Notes under the pieces: model-generated
Databases searched by the model: none
What the model was told of the DNA's origin: nothing
The model's input: only the letters and a program-made list of their open reading frames with translations
Position numbers and translations under genes: made by a program
Assembly: GCA_934095965.1 (NCBI GenBank)
Contig: CAKOKR010000001.1
Span: forward strand, 2,047-66,046
Length of the DNA stretch: 64,000 bases
Direction: 5' to 3'
Source: an uncultured Bacilli bacterium
GTDB taxonomy: Bacteria; Bacillota_I; Bacilli_A; RF39; UBA660
In this document: piece after piece, positions 18,210-28,646 of the stretch
Numbering within the stretch: the stretch's first letter is position 1
How the letters are laid out: every line of letters starts with the position of its first letter

Positions 18210-18262
18210 TATGAGTAATAAAGATTGGTGTACTTTATTAATTGTTAACTCATTTTTTACAC
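18210..18262 (+). terminator. Rho-independent terminator (long hairpin plus T6)
   Basis: ATGAGTAATAAAGattggtgtaCTTTATTaattgttaACTCATttttt. A second hairpin, AAGCGAGTTTgttatAAACTCGCTT, lies at ~18309-18335. Confidence 0.5.
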
Positions 18263-18338
18263 CTCCTTTCTATTTTTAATATTTTTCCATTGCAATTAAC
18301 CAGATTAAAGCGAGTTTGTTATAAACTCGCTTATTTTA

Positions 18339-18908
18339 TTAATAAATTTTATCAGGTATTAACACATCAAGATATTTTAAAATATCTTCTTTTTTATATC
18401 TATTAGGATATTTAATATACTTCAAACAAACATTAACAACAGCACTTACATAAAATTCTGTAATAATATCAACAGGTATTTCAGTTGTTAATAACTTATC
18501 ACTTTTCTTAATATGATTTTCAACATCCTTATATATTGTATCAAAAGCCATATCCATAACAATACTATTAGTATTTTTTCTTAAAACAGATGAATAAACA
18601 TTTATATTATCACTAATATGATTAAAAAATATTTTTATCATTTGCATATAATATTCCTTGGCGTTACTGTATACGTTATTTTCTTCAAGCTTTTTAACTA
18701 AATCTTTTTCCAAATCATTAATTAATGAATCAAGTAACTCATATTTATCTGCAAAATGATCATAAAATGTTGACCTATTAGTTAAAGCAACACTACATAT
18801 ATCTGAAACCTTAATTTCTTCGAAAGTTTTTTCTTTCATAAGTTTCATTAATCCTTCATAAAGGCTAATTTTAGTTTTAGTAACCCTTAAATCTTCTTTT
18901 TTTACCAT
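18339..18908 (-). CDS. TetR/AcrR family transcriptional regulator
   Basis: N-terminal HTH TKTKISLYEGLMKLMKEKTFEEIKVSDICSVALTNRSTFYDHF. Confidence 0.8.
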   Translation of the reverse strand: MVKKEDLRVTKTKISLYEGLMKLMKEKTFEEIKVSDICSVALTNRSTFYDHFADKYELLDSLINDLEKDLVKKLEENNVYSNAKEYYMQMIKIFFNHISDNINVYSSVLRKNTNSIVMDMAFDTIYKDVENHIKKSDKLLTTEIPVDIITEFYVSAVVNVCLKYIKYPNRYKKEDILKYLDVLIPDKIY

Positions 18909-19076
18909 AATTCATCACCTAACAACATTATATCGCAAAAACATCTTTTGTAAAGTTAAACGACACTAGTAGGCATAAATAATATACAATAAACAACATT
19001 GTGTTGGATATCATACAAAAATAATTCTTTGCTTTTGAAATTTTTGAATATTTATCATAGTATATATAGCGTGGTG

Positions 19077-22000
19077 ATGAAAAAGATGAAAAAATTTGCA
19101 AACTACATAGCTAATCACAGTGCTTTGGTATTGATAATAAGTTTAGCATTATTAATACCAGCCATTATTGGTTATGTAAATACGAGGATTAACTATGATA
19201 TTTTAGTTTATCTTCCAGATTCAGTTGACACTATAAAAGGTGAAAACATATTAACAGATGACTTCGGTATTGGAGCTTATGCATTTGTTATGGTAGATTC
19301 TAACAACTCAAAAAACATTTTGAATCTTGAAAAAGATATCAAAAAAATAGATGGCGTAAATGCTGTAATGAGTCTAGCTGATTTAACAGATACAACAATA
19401 CCAGTTGACATGTTACCAAGTAAAGTTCTTGACAAACTTGATAAAGATAATGAAACAATAATATTTGTAACATTTAATGGTGGCACAAGTGAAGATGGCA
19501 CAATCGAAGCTGTAAGACAGTTACGTGAAACTGTTAAAGATGATACAAAAGTAAGTAGCATGACAAGCATGGTAATTGATACAATGGACTTATCTAATAA
19601 AGAAATATTCACTTATGTTGTTATAGCCGTTGCTCTATGTTTATTAGTATTATTCTTAGCAACAGATTCATATGTTATTCCATTTTTATTACTTGGTAAC
19701 ATTGGAATTGCAATTATATACAACTTAGGTTCAAATATTTTCTTAGGTCAAATATCATATATAACAAAAGCCATAACGGCAGTTCTTCAACTCGGAGTAA
19801 CAATGGACTTTTCAATATTTTTGTATCATAAATATGAACAAGCTAAACAAAATAACAAAAAATTAAAGAAAACAGAAGCAATGTCTGAAGCAATAATAGA
19901 AACATTTCAATCAGTATTAGGTTCATCTCTTACAACATTTGCAGGTTTCCTTGCATTATGTACAATGGACTTAACTCTTGGAACAGACATTGGTATTGTA
20001 ATGGCAAAAGGTGTTCTATGTGGATTAATTTGTGTTCTAACTTTATTCCCAGCTTTATTAATGATTTTTGATAAAACAGTAGAAAAAACAAAACACAAAG
20101 TAATACTTCCAGAATTTAAAAAGATTCAAAGTTTTTCAGTAAAACATTATAAAGCAATTATAATAGCATTCTTAGTTTTATTAATTCCAGCATTTTATGG
20201 AAACAACAATTACAAAGTATATTACAAACTAGATGATTCTTTACCAGAATATTTAGCGTTTAATGTTGCAAATAGCGAACTTGCTGAAAAGTTCAATATT
20301 GTTTCACCAGAAATAATATTACTTGATAAAAATGTTAAAGCAAATGAAGTTAACAAACTAGTGAGTGAATTAGAATACATCGAAGGTATTGATTTAGTTT
20401 TAGCCCCAAACTCTTTTGTTGATCCAGCAATGATGATGTTACTTCCAAGTGATTTAACAAAAATACTAGATAACGACAACTATCAATTGGTAATTGTTAA
20501 TTCAACATATGAACTAGCATCTGATGAACTAAAAGAACAAATAAGCAACATTGAAGAAGTTGTAAAAAAATATGATGAAAAAAGCATCATAGCAGGTGAA
20601 GGACCATTAATGAATGACTTAGTAACAATCGCAGATCATGACTTTAAAATGGTTAATTACACTTCAATACTTGTAATATTTATCATAATGGTATTAGTTT
20701 TAAAACAAATAAACTTACCAATTGTCTTAATACTAACAATAGAATTTGCAATATTCTGTAATATGTCTGTTGCATATTATACAAATACAACACTTCCATT
20801 TATAGCATCAATTGTTGTTGGTACAATTCAACTGGGAGCAACAATAGACTATGCAATATTAATGTCGACAAAATACTTGGAAGAAAGAAGAGAACAAACT
20901 GATAAATTTGAAGCAATAAAAAATACATTAAAATTAACAGTACCATCAATCATTACATCAGCATTATGTTTCTTCGGAGCAACTTTTGGTGTTTCCGCTT
21001 ACACAAAAATTGATATGATTGGTTCAATCTGTGAACTACTATCACGAGGTTCAATAATAAGTATGATTGTTGTTGTTACAATATTGCCATCACTTTTACT
21101 AGTGACAGACAAATTAATTGTTAAAAATAAAAAGAAAGAAGGAAAAGATATGAAAAAATTAAAAACAGCTTCATTAATTGGTTTATCATTATTGTTACTT
21201 CCATTTAATGCAAGTGCTGCTAAAACAGAATCAATTTATACAAAATTAGATTACAATGGAGACACAGTAAAATCAACAGTTAGTAATCACATTGAAAATG
21301 ATAAAAATGGTGAAGTAAAAGATAACACTATTTTAAGTAACATACTAAATGTAAATGGAGATGAAACCTTTACACTAGATAAAGATACATTGACATGGTA
21401 TGCTAAAGAAAAAGATATCTTCTATCAAGGAACAACAGATAAAGAACTACCTCTATCAACAGTAGTAAAATATTATTATAATGGTAAAGAAACAGATGCC
21501 AAAGATATAGTAGGTAAAAGTGGTAAGATTAAAATAGAAATAAGATTACTTAACAACTCTTTACTAAATAAAAATAATAAGTTTACACCTTTTGTAGTAG
21601 CTCTTGGAACAACTATTGATAATGAAACAAATAAAAATATATCAATAACAAATGGTAAAGTAACAGATACTGGTTCACGTAACATAGCAGTAGCTATATC
21701 TTCACCAGGTTTATATGAATACACAAATATTAAAGAATTCAAAGACTTAAATAAAGTAGTAATCTCTTACGAAACAACAGATTTTGAAATAAATGATATC
21801 TATATGGTAGCATCACCAAAACTATTATCAGAACTTGATTTTGATATCTTCAATAAATTAGATGAATTTTCTTCATCAATTGATACATTAAGTTCTAAAA
21901 TGGATGATATAGAAAATGGTGCTAAAAAATTATTTGATGGTTCAAGTGCTTTAGTAAGTGGAGAAGCAAAATTTAATTCTAAATTAACATATTTAGCAAC

Positions 22001-22736
22001 ATCACTAGAAAAAATAAGTAACGGAACACTAGCATTAAATGATGGAATTGATGAAATGATTGAAACTTTAACTAGTGTTAAAGAAATGATGGCTAATAAA
22101 GATTTAAGTGGTTCACTTGCAAACTTACAAGTTTTATATCAAGCAAACACAGCAACAATCAAAAAAATATCAAATGAACAAGTTGATGCTGCATATAGTT
22201 ACTACAAAATGAGTCAAACAGAAACTGAAGATGCAATGATAGAAAGATTAAAACAAATTAATCCAAATATTGATGAGGCAACAATTGAAAATTTGAAAAC
22301 TGTTAAAAGTACATATGAATTAAAATTATTACTAAAAGCAAATAATGAAGCAATTTCAGAAATGATTACAAACTTACAAGATTTAAATACATTACTAAAT
22401 ACTTTAGATACCAAATTACAAGAAGTAAAAGTAATGAAATCTAAAGTTACATATCTAAATGATAGTTTATCTCAAGTAAGCCAAGGTTTAACAAAAATGT
22501 CCCAAACAACATTAATATCTGATGGAATATCTTCATTAAATCAAGGTTTAAAAGAATTATCTGAAGGAACAAACTTAATAAATATTCAAGGTATTAAGCA
22601 ATTAGTTAATTATAAAGATCAAGCATTAATATACACAAATAAGTTTAAAGATATAGCAAATCTTTCTAAAACATACCAAGGATTCTCATCAAATAATTCA
22701 GATCAAACAATATTTATCTATAAAATAGGTAAGTAA
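19077..22736 (+). CDS. MMPL/RND-superfamily membrane transporter fused in frame to a ~530-aa extracytoplasmic domain. The domain is preceded by a signal-peptide-like segment and may be YhgE/Pip/EsaA-like.
   Basis: The N-terminal 700 aa have 12-TM MMPL topology with two large loops. At about aa 705 lies KKKEGKD-MKKLKTASLIGLSLLLLPFNASA-AKTE with its own RBS (GAAGGAAaagatATG at ~21151). The C-terminal domain is coiled and Ser/Thr/Asn-rich. Confidence 0.7.
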   Translation: MKKMKKFANYIANHSALVLIISLALLIPAIIGYVNTRINYDILVYLPDSVDTIKGENILTDDFGIGAYAFVMVDSNNSKNILNLEKDIKKIDGVNAVMSLADLTDTTIPVDMLPSKVLDKLDKDNETIIFVTFNGGTSEDGTIEAVRQLRETVKDDTKVSSMTSMVIDTMDLSNKEIFTYVVIAVALCLLVLFLATDSYVIPFLLLGNIGIAIIYNLGSNIFLGQISYITKAITAVLQLGVTMDFSIFLYHKYEQAKQNNKKLKKTEAMSEAIIETFQSVLGSSLTTFAGFLALCTMDLTLGTDIGIVMAKGVLCGLICVLTLFPALLMIFDKTVEKTKHKVILPEFKKIQSFSVKHYKAIIIAFLVLLIPAFYGNNNYKVYYKLDDSLPEYLAFNVANSELAEKFNIVSPEIILLDKNVKANEVNKLVSELEYIEGIDLVLAPNSFVDPAMMMLLPSDLTKILDNDNYQLVIVNSTYELASDELKEQISNIEEVVKKYDEKSIIAGEGPLMNDLVTIADHDFKMVNYTSILVIFIIMVLVLKQINLPIVLILTIEFAIFCNMSVAYYTNTTLPFIASIVVGTIQLGATIDYAILMSTKYLEERREQTDKFEAIKNTLKLTVPSIITSALCFFGATFGVSAYTKIDMIGSICELLSRGSIISMIVVVTILPSLLLVTDKLIVKNKKKEGKDMKKLKTASLIGLSLLLLPFNASAAKTESIYTKLDYNGDTVKSTVSNHIENDKNGEVKDNTILSNILNVNGDETFTLDKDTLTWYAKEKDIFYQGTTDKELPLSTVVKYYYNGKETDAKDIVGKSGKIKIEIRLLNNSLLNKNNKFTPFVVALGTTIDNETNKNISITNGKVTDTGSRNIAVAISSPGLYEYTNIKEFKDLNKVVISYETTDFEINDIYMVASPKLLSELDFDIFNKLDEFSSSIDTLSSKMDDIENGAKKLFDGSSALVSGEAKFNSKLTYLATSLEKISNGTLALNDGIDEMIETLTSVKEMMANKDLSGSLANLQVLYQANTATIKKISNEQVDAAYSYYKMSQTETEDAMIERLKQINPNIDEATIENLKTVKSTYELKLLLKANNEAISEMITNLQDLNTLLNTLDTKLQEVKVMKSKVTYLNDSLSQVSQGLTKMSQTTLISDGISSLNQGLKELSEGTNLINIQGIKQLVNYKDQALIYTNKFKDIANLSKTYQGFSSNNSDQTIFIYKIGK

Positions 22737-22748
22737 TAATTAATATTT

Positions 22749-22778
22749 AAAGGAAAGCAAAAATTAAGCTTTCCTTTT
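22749..22778. terminator. Bidirectional terminator
   Basis: AAGGAAAGCaaaaattaaGCTTTCCTTtt. Confidence 0.6.
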
Positions 22779-22784
22779 AAACAT

Positions 22785-23360
22785 TTAAAATCTTTCTAAC
22801 ATAAAAGGCATATTCCTTTTTCTTTTATTTTCTATTGCATCTTTTAATAAAGGTAGATATGTATAAATATAAGCATTAACATAATAAAATCCTTCATTGA
22901 CATCTTCCATTGTTGGTAATCCATAACATTTATCATTAGAATTAGCTTTCTTTGGTAAACATGTATACTTTGTACAATTAAGTAGAACATTATTTTCTTT
23001 TAACATATCATGCAAGTCATTAAAACTAAATTTAACAATTTGACCATTTTCAAGTTCATATATTCCATGTACTATATCATATTCACATTTCATTCTTGCA
23101 ACTAACGTTAAATTAATAAGCATTTTATTAACAATTAAACTATCAAATTTATTAAGTTTTATTAATTCATTAAACTTTTCAAAATCTTGCCCAGAAATTA
23201 CTTTTAATTTATCACTTGATAGAGTAATTATATTATTCATTATAAATTCATATACAAATTTAGTTCCTTCATCAATTGATTTTAAAAATTCTTTTTTTGC
23301 TTCGCCATAAATATCTTTTGAAAATAATTCACTTAATTTATTATTTATATCTGTATTCAT
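22785..23360 (-). CDS. Hypothetical protein
   Basis: ORF with RBS. No recognisable motif. Confidence 0.4.
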   Translation of the reverse strand: MNTDINNKLSELFSKDIYGEAKKEFLKSIDEGTKFVYEFIMNNIITLSSDKLKVISGQDFEKFNELIKLNKFDSLIVNKMLINLTLVARMKCEYDIVHGIYELENGQIVKFSFNDLHDMLKENNVLLNCTKYTCLPKKANSNDKCYGLPTMEDVNEGFYYVNAYIYTYLPLLKDAIENKRKRNMPFMLERF

Positions 23361-23413
23361 AAATTAATTCCTTTCTTAAGTAACTTATATTCTAGTATAA
23401 AACAATTAAGATG

Positions 23414-24178
23414 TCAATTAATATTTCTAATAACCACCAAATACGGAGCATTCATATTATTTGTATTTCTATATGTTTTATAACTAATATTATTTTTATT
23501 TAAATAATCAATTACAACTTTTTCTTCCATCTTTCCTTCCGGATGTGGATAAAATACCATTAATATTAATCCATCACTTTTAATCATTTCTAAACTGTTG
23601 CATAAAGCCCTCAAAGTAACATCATGCATCGTTGTTATAGTTTTATCTCCGCATGGCAGATATCCCAAATTAAATAATACTAACTTAATATTATTTTTTT
23701 CTTTATCTAAAACAACATTTATCTTATCATGACTTATCTTAAATAGTTTATAGTTATTAATATTTTCTTGTGTTAATAATTTTTTTGTATTTTTAATAGC
23801 TTCATCTTGTATATCAAAACCATAAACTTTATTAGAAATACTAGCTAAAAATAAAGTATCATTTCCATTACCAACAGTCATATCCACAACTATATCACTT
23901 TTACTAACATTTTCATTACATATCTTTTTAACCATATTTAAGATACTTCGATTAAAACCTTGAAAAGTACCTCTTTTATTAAATTCATTTTTAATTTTTT
24001 CATTATATTTTGTATTAACTAAAACATTTTCTTTAACATTTTCTAAAATGTCACACAAGTTATTAACATCAATATTATCACCATCAACATTAATTACTTT
24101 AATACCTTTTTCTAAATTTATTATTTTACTTTTAAAATCCTCATCATTATAATTTAAATCAATTATCATAAACATCAC
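23414..24178 (-). CDS. Class I SAM-dependent methyltransferase (YtqB-like putative rRNA methylase family) with an extra ~85-aa N-terminal domain
   Basis: VVDMTVGNGNDTLFLA...VYGFDIQDEAI matches the pfam rRNA_methylase/YtqB glycine-rich SAM motif. Confidence 0.55.
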   Translation of the reverse strand: MMFMIIDLNYNDEDFKSKIINLEKGIKVINVDGDNIDVNNLCDILENVKENVLVNTKYNEKIKNEFNKRGTFQGFNRSILNMVKKICNENVSKSDIVVDMTVGNGNDTLFLASISNKVYGFDIQDEAIKNTKKLLTQENINNYKLFKISHDKINVVLDKEKNNIKLVLFNLGYLPCGDKTITTMHDVTLRALCNSLEMIKSDGLILMVFYPHPEGKMEEKVVIDYLNKNNISYKTYRNTNNMNAPYLVVIRNIN

Positions 24179-24212
24179 TTCATTTACATATTATCACAAA
24201 AAAATATGCATT

Positions 24213-24434
24213 TCAACGTTTGCATTTATTTTTCTTAATCTCTTTATTAAATTTCTTAATCTTTACATCATTATTCTTAATTTCTTTAACTAACTCACTA
24301 GTTTCTTCTTTATATAAATTACACCATTTATCATAATCTATTTCATTATTATCATTTTTATAAATGAAAATCATTACCACACCATTTACAATTATAAGAA
24401 TAATAAAAATTATTATTTCCAGTATACCCATCAT
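24213..24434 (-). CDS. Small single-TM protein (hypothetical)
   Basis: N-terminal hydrophobic helix plus a Lys-rich tail. Overlaps the next ORF by 4 nt. Confidence 0.3.
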   Translation of the reverse strand: MMGILEIIIFIILIIVNGVVMIFIYKNDNNEIDYDKWCNLYKEETSELVKEIKNNDVKIKKFNKEIKKNKCKR

Positions 24435-24667
24435 TTTACATTACCACTTCCTTTAAATAATTTTATCCACAACAAATTAATTCTTTTTTTTAATAACATT
24501 TTCTTTTGAACACTAACTATTTTTCTATACTTTTCTAAATCAGTTTCATAACTAATAAATGTATCATAACACTTAGTTATATCCTTTTCATCTTTACAAA
24601 ATAAACACATTAAATATATTAAAACTAATATTATTATTAAACAAAATAATATAAAAACAAACATCAT
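24431..24667 (-). CDS. Small single-TM protein (hypothetical)
   Basis: N-terminal hydrophobic helix. Operonic with 24213..24434. Confidence 0.3.
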   Translation of the reverse strand: MMFVFILFCLIIILVLIYLMCLFCKDEKDITKCYDTFISYETDLEKYRKIVSVQKKMLLKKRINLLWIKLFKGSGNVK

Positions 24668-24781
24668 TTTTATCTATCTCCTTCCAAGGGTGCTTTCTGA
24701 TTATAGCAAAAAATAATATTATAAACAAGACAATTTCAAAAATTAAGTGTAAAGGTAACGTAACAAAAAGAAACTCTATAA

Positions 24782-25570
24782 CTAGAATTTCTTAATTAAC
24801 TTATTTTCAAGTAAAGTAATAATTTTATATAACAAGAAAGAAATAATTAAAAGGATTAATATACCTGCCATAACTAAACTTAAATTAAATACTTGAGTTC
24901 CATAAATAATTAGATAACCAATACCTTCACGACTTACTAAAAATTCACCCATTATAACTCCAATTAAACTCATTGAAATATTAAGTTTTAAACTAGAAAT
25001 AATTGTGTTATAGGAATTTGGTATAACTAATTTAAACAATATTTGAAAGTTAGTTGCTTTAAAAGCTTTCATTAACTTAAGTTTATTTTCACTAACACTT
25101 TTAAACCCATTGTATATTGTAATGATACTAATTATTAAGTTAATGAGTAATGCCATAATGATAACGCTTTTCATATTAGCACCAGCAACAATTATAATAA
25201 GTGGTCCTAAAGCTACCTTAGGTAGAGAATTAATCATTGTTAAAAATGGATCAACAATTAATGCTAAAATAGGTACTTCATATAAAATAATTGCAATAAT
25301 AAAACCTAAAATTATACCTAGACTAAATGAAATTAACACTTCTTCTAAAGTAACAAATATATGGTTAAATAAATTATTTTGTATTGCTAAATTTATAATT
25401 GTGTTAAATATTTTACTAGGTTTTGAAAAGACAAAACTATTAATAATATTATTATTTGCAAGTATTTCCCAGACTATAAAAAATTGAACAACTATAAATA
25501 TTTGAATAATTAATATAGTTAATTTTTTAATTCTCATTTTTTTTAAGTATTTTTTTTGTTCCCTAGACAT
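24782..25570 (-). CDS. ABC transporter permease (NitT/TauT-SsuC-like binding-protein-dependent family)
   Basis: 6-TM. EAA-like loop region ...LPKVALGPLIIIVAGANMKS... Confidence 0.7.
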   Translation of the reverse strand: MSREQKKYLKKMRIKKLTILIIQIFIVVQFFIVWEILANNNIINSFVFSKPSKIFNTIINLAIQNNLFNHIFVTLEEVLISFSLGIILGFIIAIILYEVPILALIVDPFLTMINSLPKVALGPLIIIVAGANMKSVIIMALLINLIISIITIYNGFKSVSENKLKLMKAFKATNFQILFKLVIPNSYNTIISSLKLNISMSLIGVIMGEFLVSREGIGYLIIYGTQVFNLSLVMAGILILLIISFLLYKIITLLENKLIKKF

Positions 25571-26309
25571 CTTTATCTATTTCCTTCCAAAGTAAGTCAT
25601 AATAATAGCTAAAATCTTTACTATTTCTTCTTTCTAAAGGACTATTTAAATGTTTTAAATCAATATCATAAATATTTTTAACTTTACCAGGTCTTTTTGA
25701 TAAAACAATAACTCTATCAGCTAGTGATATTGCTTCAGCTATATCATGAGTAATCATAATAACAGATTTTTTTTCTTGTTTAATAATTTTAGAAACATCT
25801 TCACTTACTTTAAGTCTTGAAACATAATCTAGTGCTGAAAAAGGTTCATCAAGCATCAATATATCGGGCTTAAGAGCAAGTGTCCTTATTAAAGCAACTC
25901 TTTGACGCATACCACCAGATAACTCATATGGATACTTATCTAAAAAATCTTTAAGACCATACTTATTAAGTAAATCTTTAACAAAAGAAATATTTTCTTT
26001 TGTTTTTGTGTGAGCTATATCTAGACCTAAACAAGCATTATCTAAAATATTAAGCCAAGGAAATAAAGCATCTTCCTGAAGCATATAACCAATTTTTAAA
26101 CCATCCTTTATTTTAATATCACCTTTAGTTTTACTATCAATTCCAGCAAGTATGTTAAGCAAAGTTGATTTACCACATCCACTTGAACCAACAATACATA
26201 AAAATTCTTGGTTATCTAAAGAAAAAGTAATATTATCAATTGCTATAACTTCACCATTAATTGTTTGATAATTCTTACTTAAATTATTAACTTCTAATAT
26301 TTTATTCAT
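25563..26309 (-). CDS. ABC transporter ATP-binding protein (SsuB/TauB-like)
   Basis: Walker A GSSGCGKST. Signature LSGGMRQRVALIRTL. Walker B ILMLDEPFSALD. Confidence 0.85.
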   Translation of the reverse strand: MNKILEVNNLSKNYQTINGEVIAIDNITFSLDNQEFLCIVGSSGCGKSTLLNILAGIDSKTKGDIKIKDGLKIGYMLQEDALFPWLNILDNACLGLDIAHTKTKENISFVKDLLNKYGLKDFLDKYPYELSGGMRQRVALIRTLALKPDILMLDEPFSALDYVSRLKVSEDVSKIIKQEKKSVIMITHDIAEAISLADRVIVLSKRPGKVKNIYDIDLKHLNSPLERRNSKDFSYYYDLLWKEIDKDV

Positions 26310-27291
26310 AAAAGTTATTTACTAAATCATTAAATGGAACATAATCATCAAGTAATTTAAAATCTATCAAAAAGTCTTCCAAATTAGTAAATAATTTTTC
26401 ACTTATATACGGATTACTAAGCCAACAATCATATTCCTTATATCTATCAATCATTTCTTTTAAATCATCTACTTTTGTATCTGGAAATAAACTAATAATA
26501 TCTTTACTTACAATTAAAGAATTATTATCTAATGTATACTTAATACCTTTATTAATTGCATTAGTAAACTTCTTTATAATATCTTTATTATTTTCTATAT
26601 AACTTTTTCTAGCATAAAAAGCAGTATAAGGAACTTCACCAGACATTTTACCAACTGATGCTACAACTTTACCATAATCATTTTTTTGAAGTAATGTTGC
26701 GTTTGGTTCAAACAAATTAACAAAATCACCAACACCACCTATAAAAGAACCAGATAAAGCAGAAAACTCAACACTATAATTAACATTAATTTTATTTATA
26801 TCAATATTTTCATTTTTTAATGCATTTAAGAAATTTAATGCAGGCATTCCTGTACTTCTTCCCACCAATATTTCTTTTCCATACAAATCAGTTAATTTAA
26901 AATCTTTATCTTTATCTCTTGCAACAATAAATTGTCCATCTCTCTTAGTTAATCCTGCAAAAAGTTGCAAGTAGTCACCTTCATTTTCCTTATAGACATA
27001 TATCGCAGATTCAGCCCCAGCAAATCCAATTTCAACATCATTTGATAATACCGCAGCACTGACTTTATCAGCTCCTGGTGTTAACACAAGTTCTAAATCA
27101 ATACCTTCTTCTTTAAAATATCCTTTTTCAATTGCAACATACAAAGGACTATAAAAAGAACTATGAGTAACTTCAGCAAGTCTAATTTTAACTAAGTTAC
27201 TATCATCTTTTTTCTTAAAACCAAATACTAAAAAGGTAACTCCGATAAATATAGTTAAGCAAATAATACCTATAAAAATTCTTTTTTTCAA
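26302..27291 (-). CDS. ABC transporter substrate-binding protein (NMT1/THI5-SsuA-like) with an N-terminal signal anchor
   Basis: Signal or TM region MKKRIFIGIICLTIFIGVTFLVF. NMT1-like periplasmic-binding fold features. Heads the 3-gene operon. Confidence 0.65.
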   Translation of the reverse strand: MKKRIFIGIICLTIFIGVTFLVFGFKKKDDSNLVKIRLAEVTHSSFYSPLYVAIEKGYFKEEGIDLELVLTPGADKVSAAVLSNDVEIGFAGAESAIYVYKENEGDYLQLFAGLTKRDGQFIVARDKDKDFKLTDLYGKEILVGRSTGMPALNFLNALKNENIDINKINVNYSVEFSALSGSFIGGVGDFVNLFEPNATLLQKNDYGKVVASVGKMSGEVPYTAFYARKSYIENNKDIIKKFTNAINKGIKYTLDNNSLIVSKDIISLFPDTKVDDLKEMIDRYKEYDCWLSNPYISEKLFTNLEDFLIDFKLLDDYVPFNDLVNNFYE

Positions 27292-27355
27292 AATATATTC
27301 CTCCCTCTAAGGTAATATATGTATACTATTACATTTTGTTAATTTAGTATATTGA
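27174..27355. repeat. Copy A of a ~180-bp duplicated segment (SBP gene 5' end plus RBS plus promoter region)
   Basis: About 75-80% identical to 28405..28585. Confidence 0.6.
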
Positions 27356-27837
27356 TAAAATTTTAAATTAAGGTTATAATAAATATGAAAGGATTGATTA
27401 TATGAATAAACTACTAATATAATATTTTTTAGCAACAAATACAACAAAGAATGTTGCAAAATTAGCATCAGATGCTACAAATGGAGATCTATTTGAAATA
27501 ATCAAGAAAGTAGAAAAATACGAGAGTCTGATAACGGAAAACATTATCCATACGACATTTCTAAAGAAAATTGGCACGGACCAAGAAATGCAATTGAACA
27601 ACTTACTACTACAAGTCAATAGAGTAATATACATCTATCAAATACAGAAAGAAAGATAGTAAATGAATATAACAAACTAGTACTAAATAAGGTCATTCTT
27701 TTCCCGAAGTATTTAGTTATTCTAAATATGCTACACGATTTTTAACGTTAGCAGAAGTAACAAAAACTGATATTTTATATAGCTAAATTCTCATTATTAT
27801 TTAAGAATATAAACTAATTTAGGAAAGGAGGAAATAA

Positions 27838-28209
27838 ATGAAAAAAGATATACTAGTTAAAATAATTATAGCGGTACTTGTTTTTATACTTTTAGGATTC
27901 TTTATTTATACAAATTATGTTTCAAAAGAAAAAGACTTAGTATTTGAAGCAAGAATTAAAGAAGTAACAGTAATTAATAATGTATATACAATTTTAGTTG
28001 AAAAATATGATAAAAAGAAAAAAGAATATACTGTTGAGTATGAATTTGAAATAAATAAAGATACAAAAATAGTTTATAACAATGAAAACAGTACGCCAGA
28101 TAAATTAAAAGCAAATCAAAAAATAACTATAACCTCATCTGATGTGATATTATCAAGTGAACCAGCTAAATTATCTGATGTTAAAAAAATAGTTATTTTA
28201 AAAGATTAA
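27838..28209 (+). CDS. Small membrane-anchored or secreted protein (hypothetical)
   Basis: Strong RBS AGGAAAGGAGGaaataaATG. N-terminal TM KIIIAVLVFILLGFFIY. Confidence 0.55.
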   Translation: MKKDILVKIIIAVLVFILLGFFIYTNYVSKEKDLVFEARIKEVTVINNVYTILVEKYDKKKKEYTVEYEFEINKDTKIVYNNENSTPDKLKANQKITITSSDVILSSEPAKLSDVKKIVILKD

Positions 28210-28404
28210 TTAGTTTTAAAAGTTTTGCTAAATAAGCAAGACTTTTTTTGTATTTATGTAGAATTCTACATAATTATATTATAAAAAAGTCATCCAAAAA
28301 TAATTGTTACATTTCAGTCGAGCAACTAAAAAATAAGGTGGTTTCAGTAATTATTATTTATAATATTTAAATTAAATTCAATAAGACCACAATTTTAGTG
28401 TAGC

Positions 28405-28585
28405 ATCAGCAAGTCTAATTATAACTAAATTGTTATCATTATTTTTATTAAAATGAAATAATAAAAAATAACTACGTAAATGAGGTTAAGCAAATAATAC
28501 CTATAAAAATTCTTTTCTTCAAAATATATTCCTCCATCTAAGGTAATATGGATAAATTATTACATTTCATTAACATGATAAAAGA
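28405..28585. repeat. Copy B (decayed) of the SBP 5'/promoter segment. The start is mutated to TTG, with a stop after 16 codons.
   Basis: The minus-strand reading gives TTG AAG AAA AGA ATT TTT ATA GGT ATT ATT TGC TTA ACC ... TAG, compared with MKKRIFIGIICLT in the intact gene. Confidence 0.55.
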
Positions 28586-28646
28586 ATGATTCAAATATTA
28601 AAACTAAGTGTAAAGTAGATTTTAAAATATTGTTATAAATTTTATT

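Noticed and set aside
18262-18270. Minus-strand GAAAGGAGGTG followed by ATGAGTTAA (M-S-stop mini-ORF)
   Set aside because: The apparent SD is simply the complement of a T/C-rich spacer within the plus-strand terminator hairpin. A 2-codon ORF has no support.
27398-27634. 78-aa minus-strand ORF in the intergenic region after the ABC operon
   Set aside because: It is low-complexity, has no RBS, and lies in a region that looks like decayed pseudogene debris on the plus strand.
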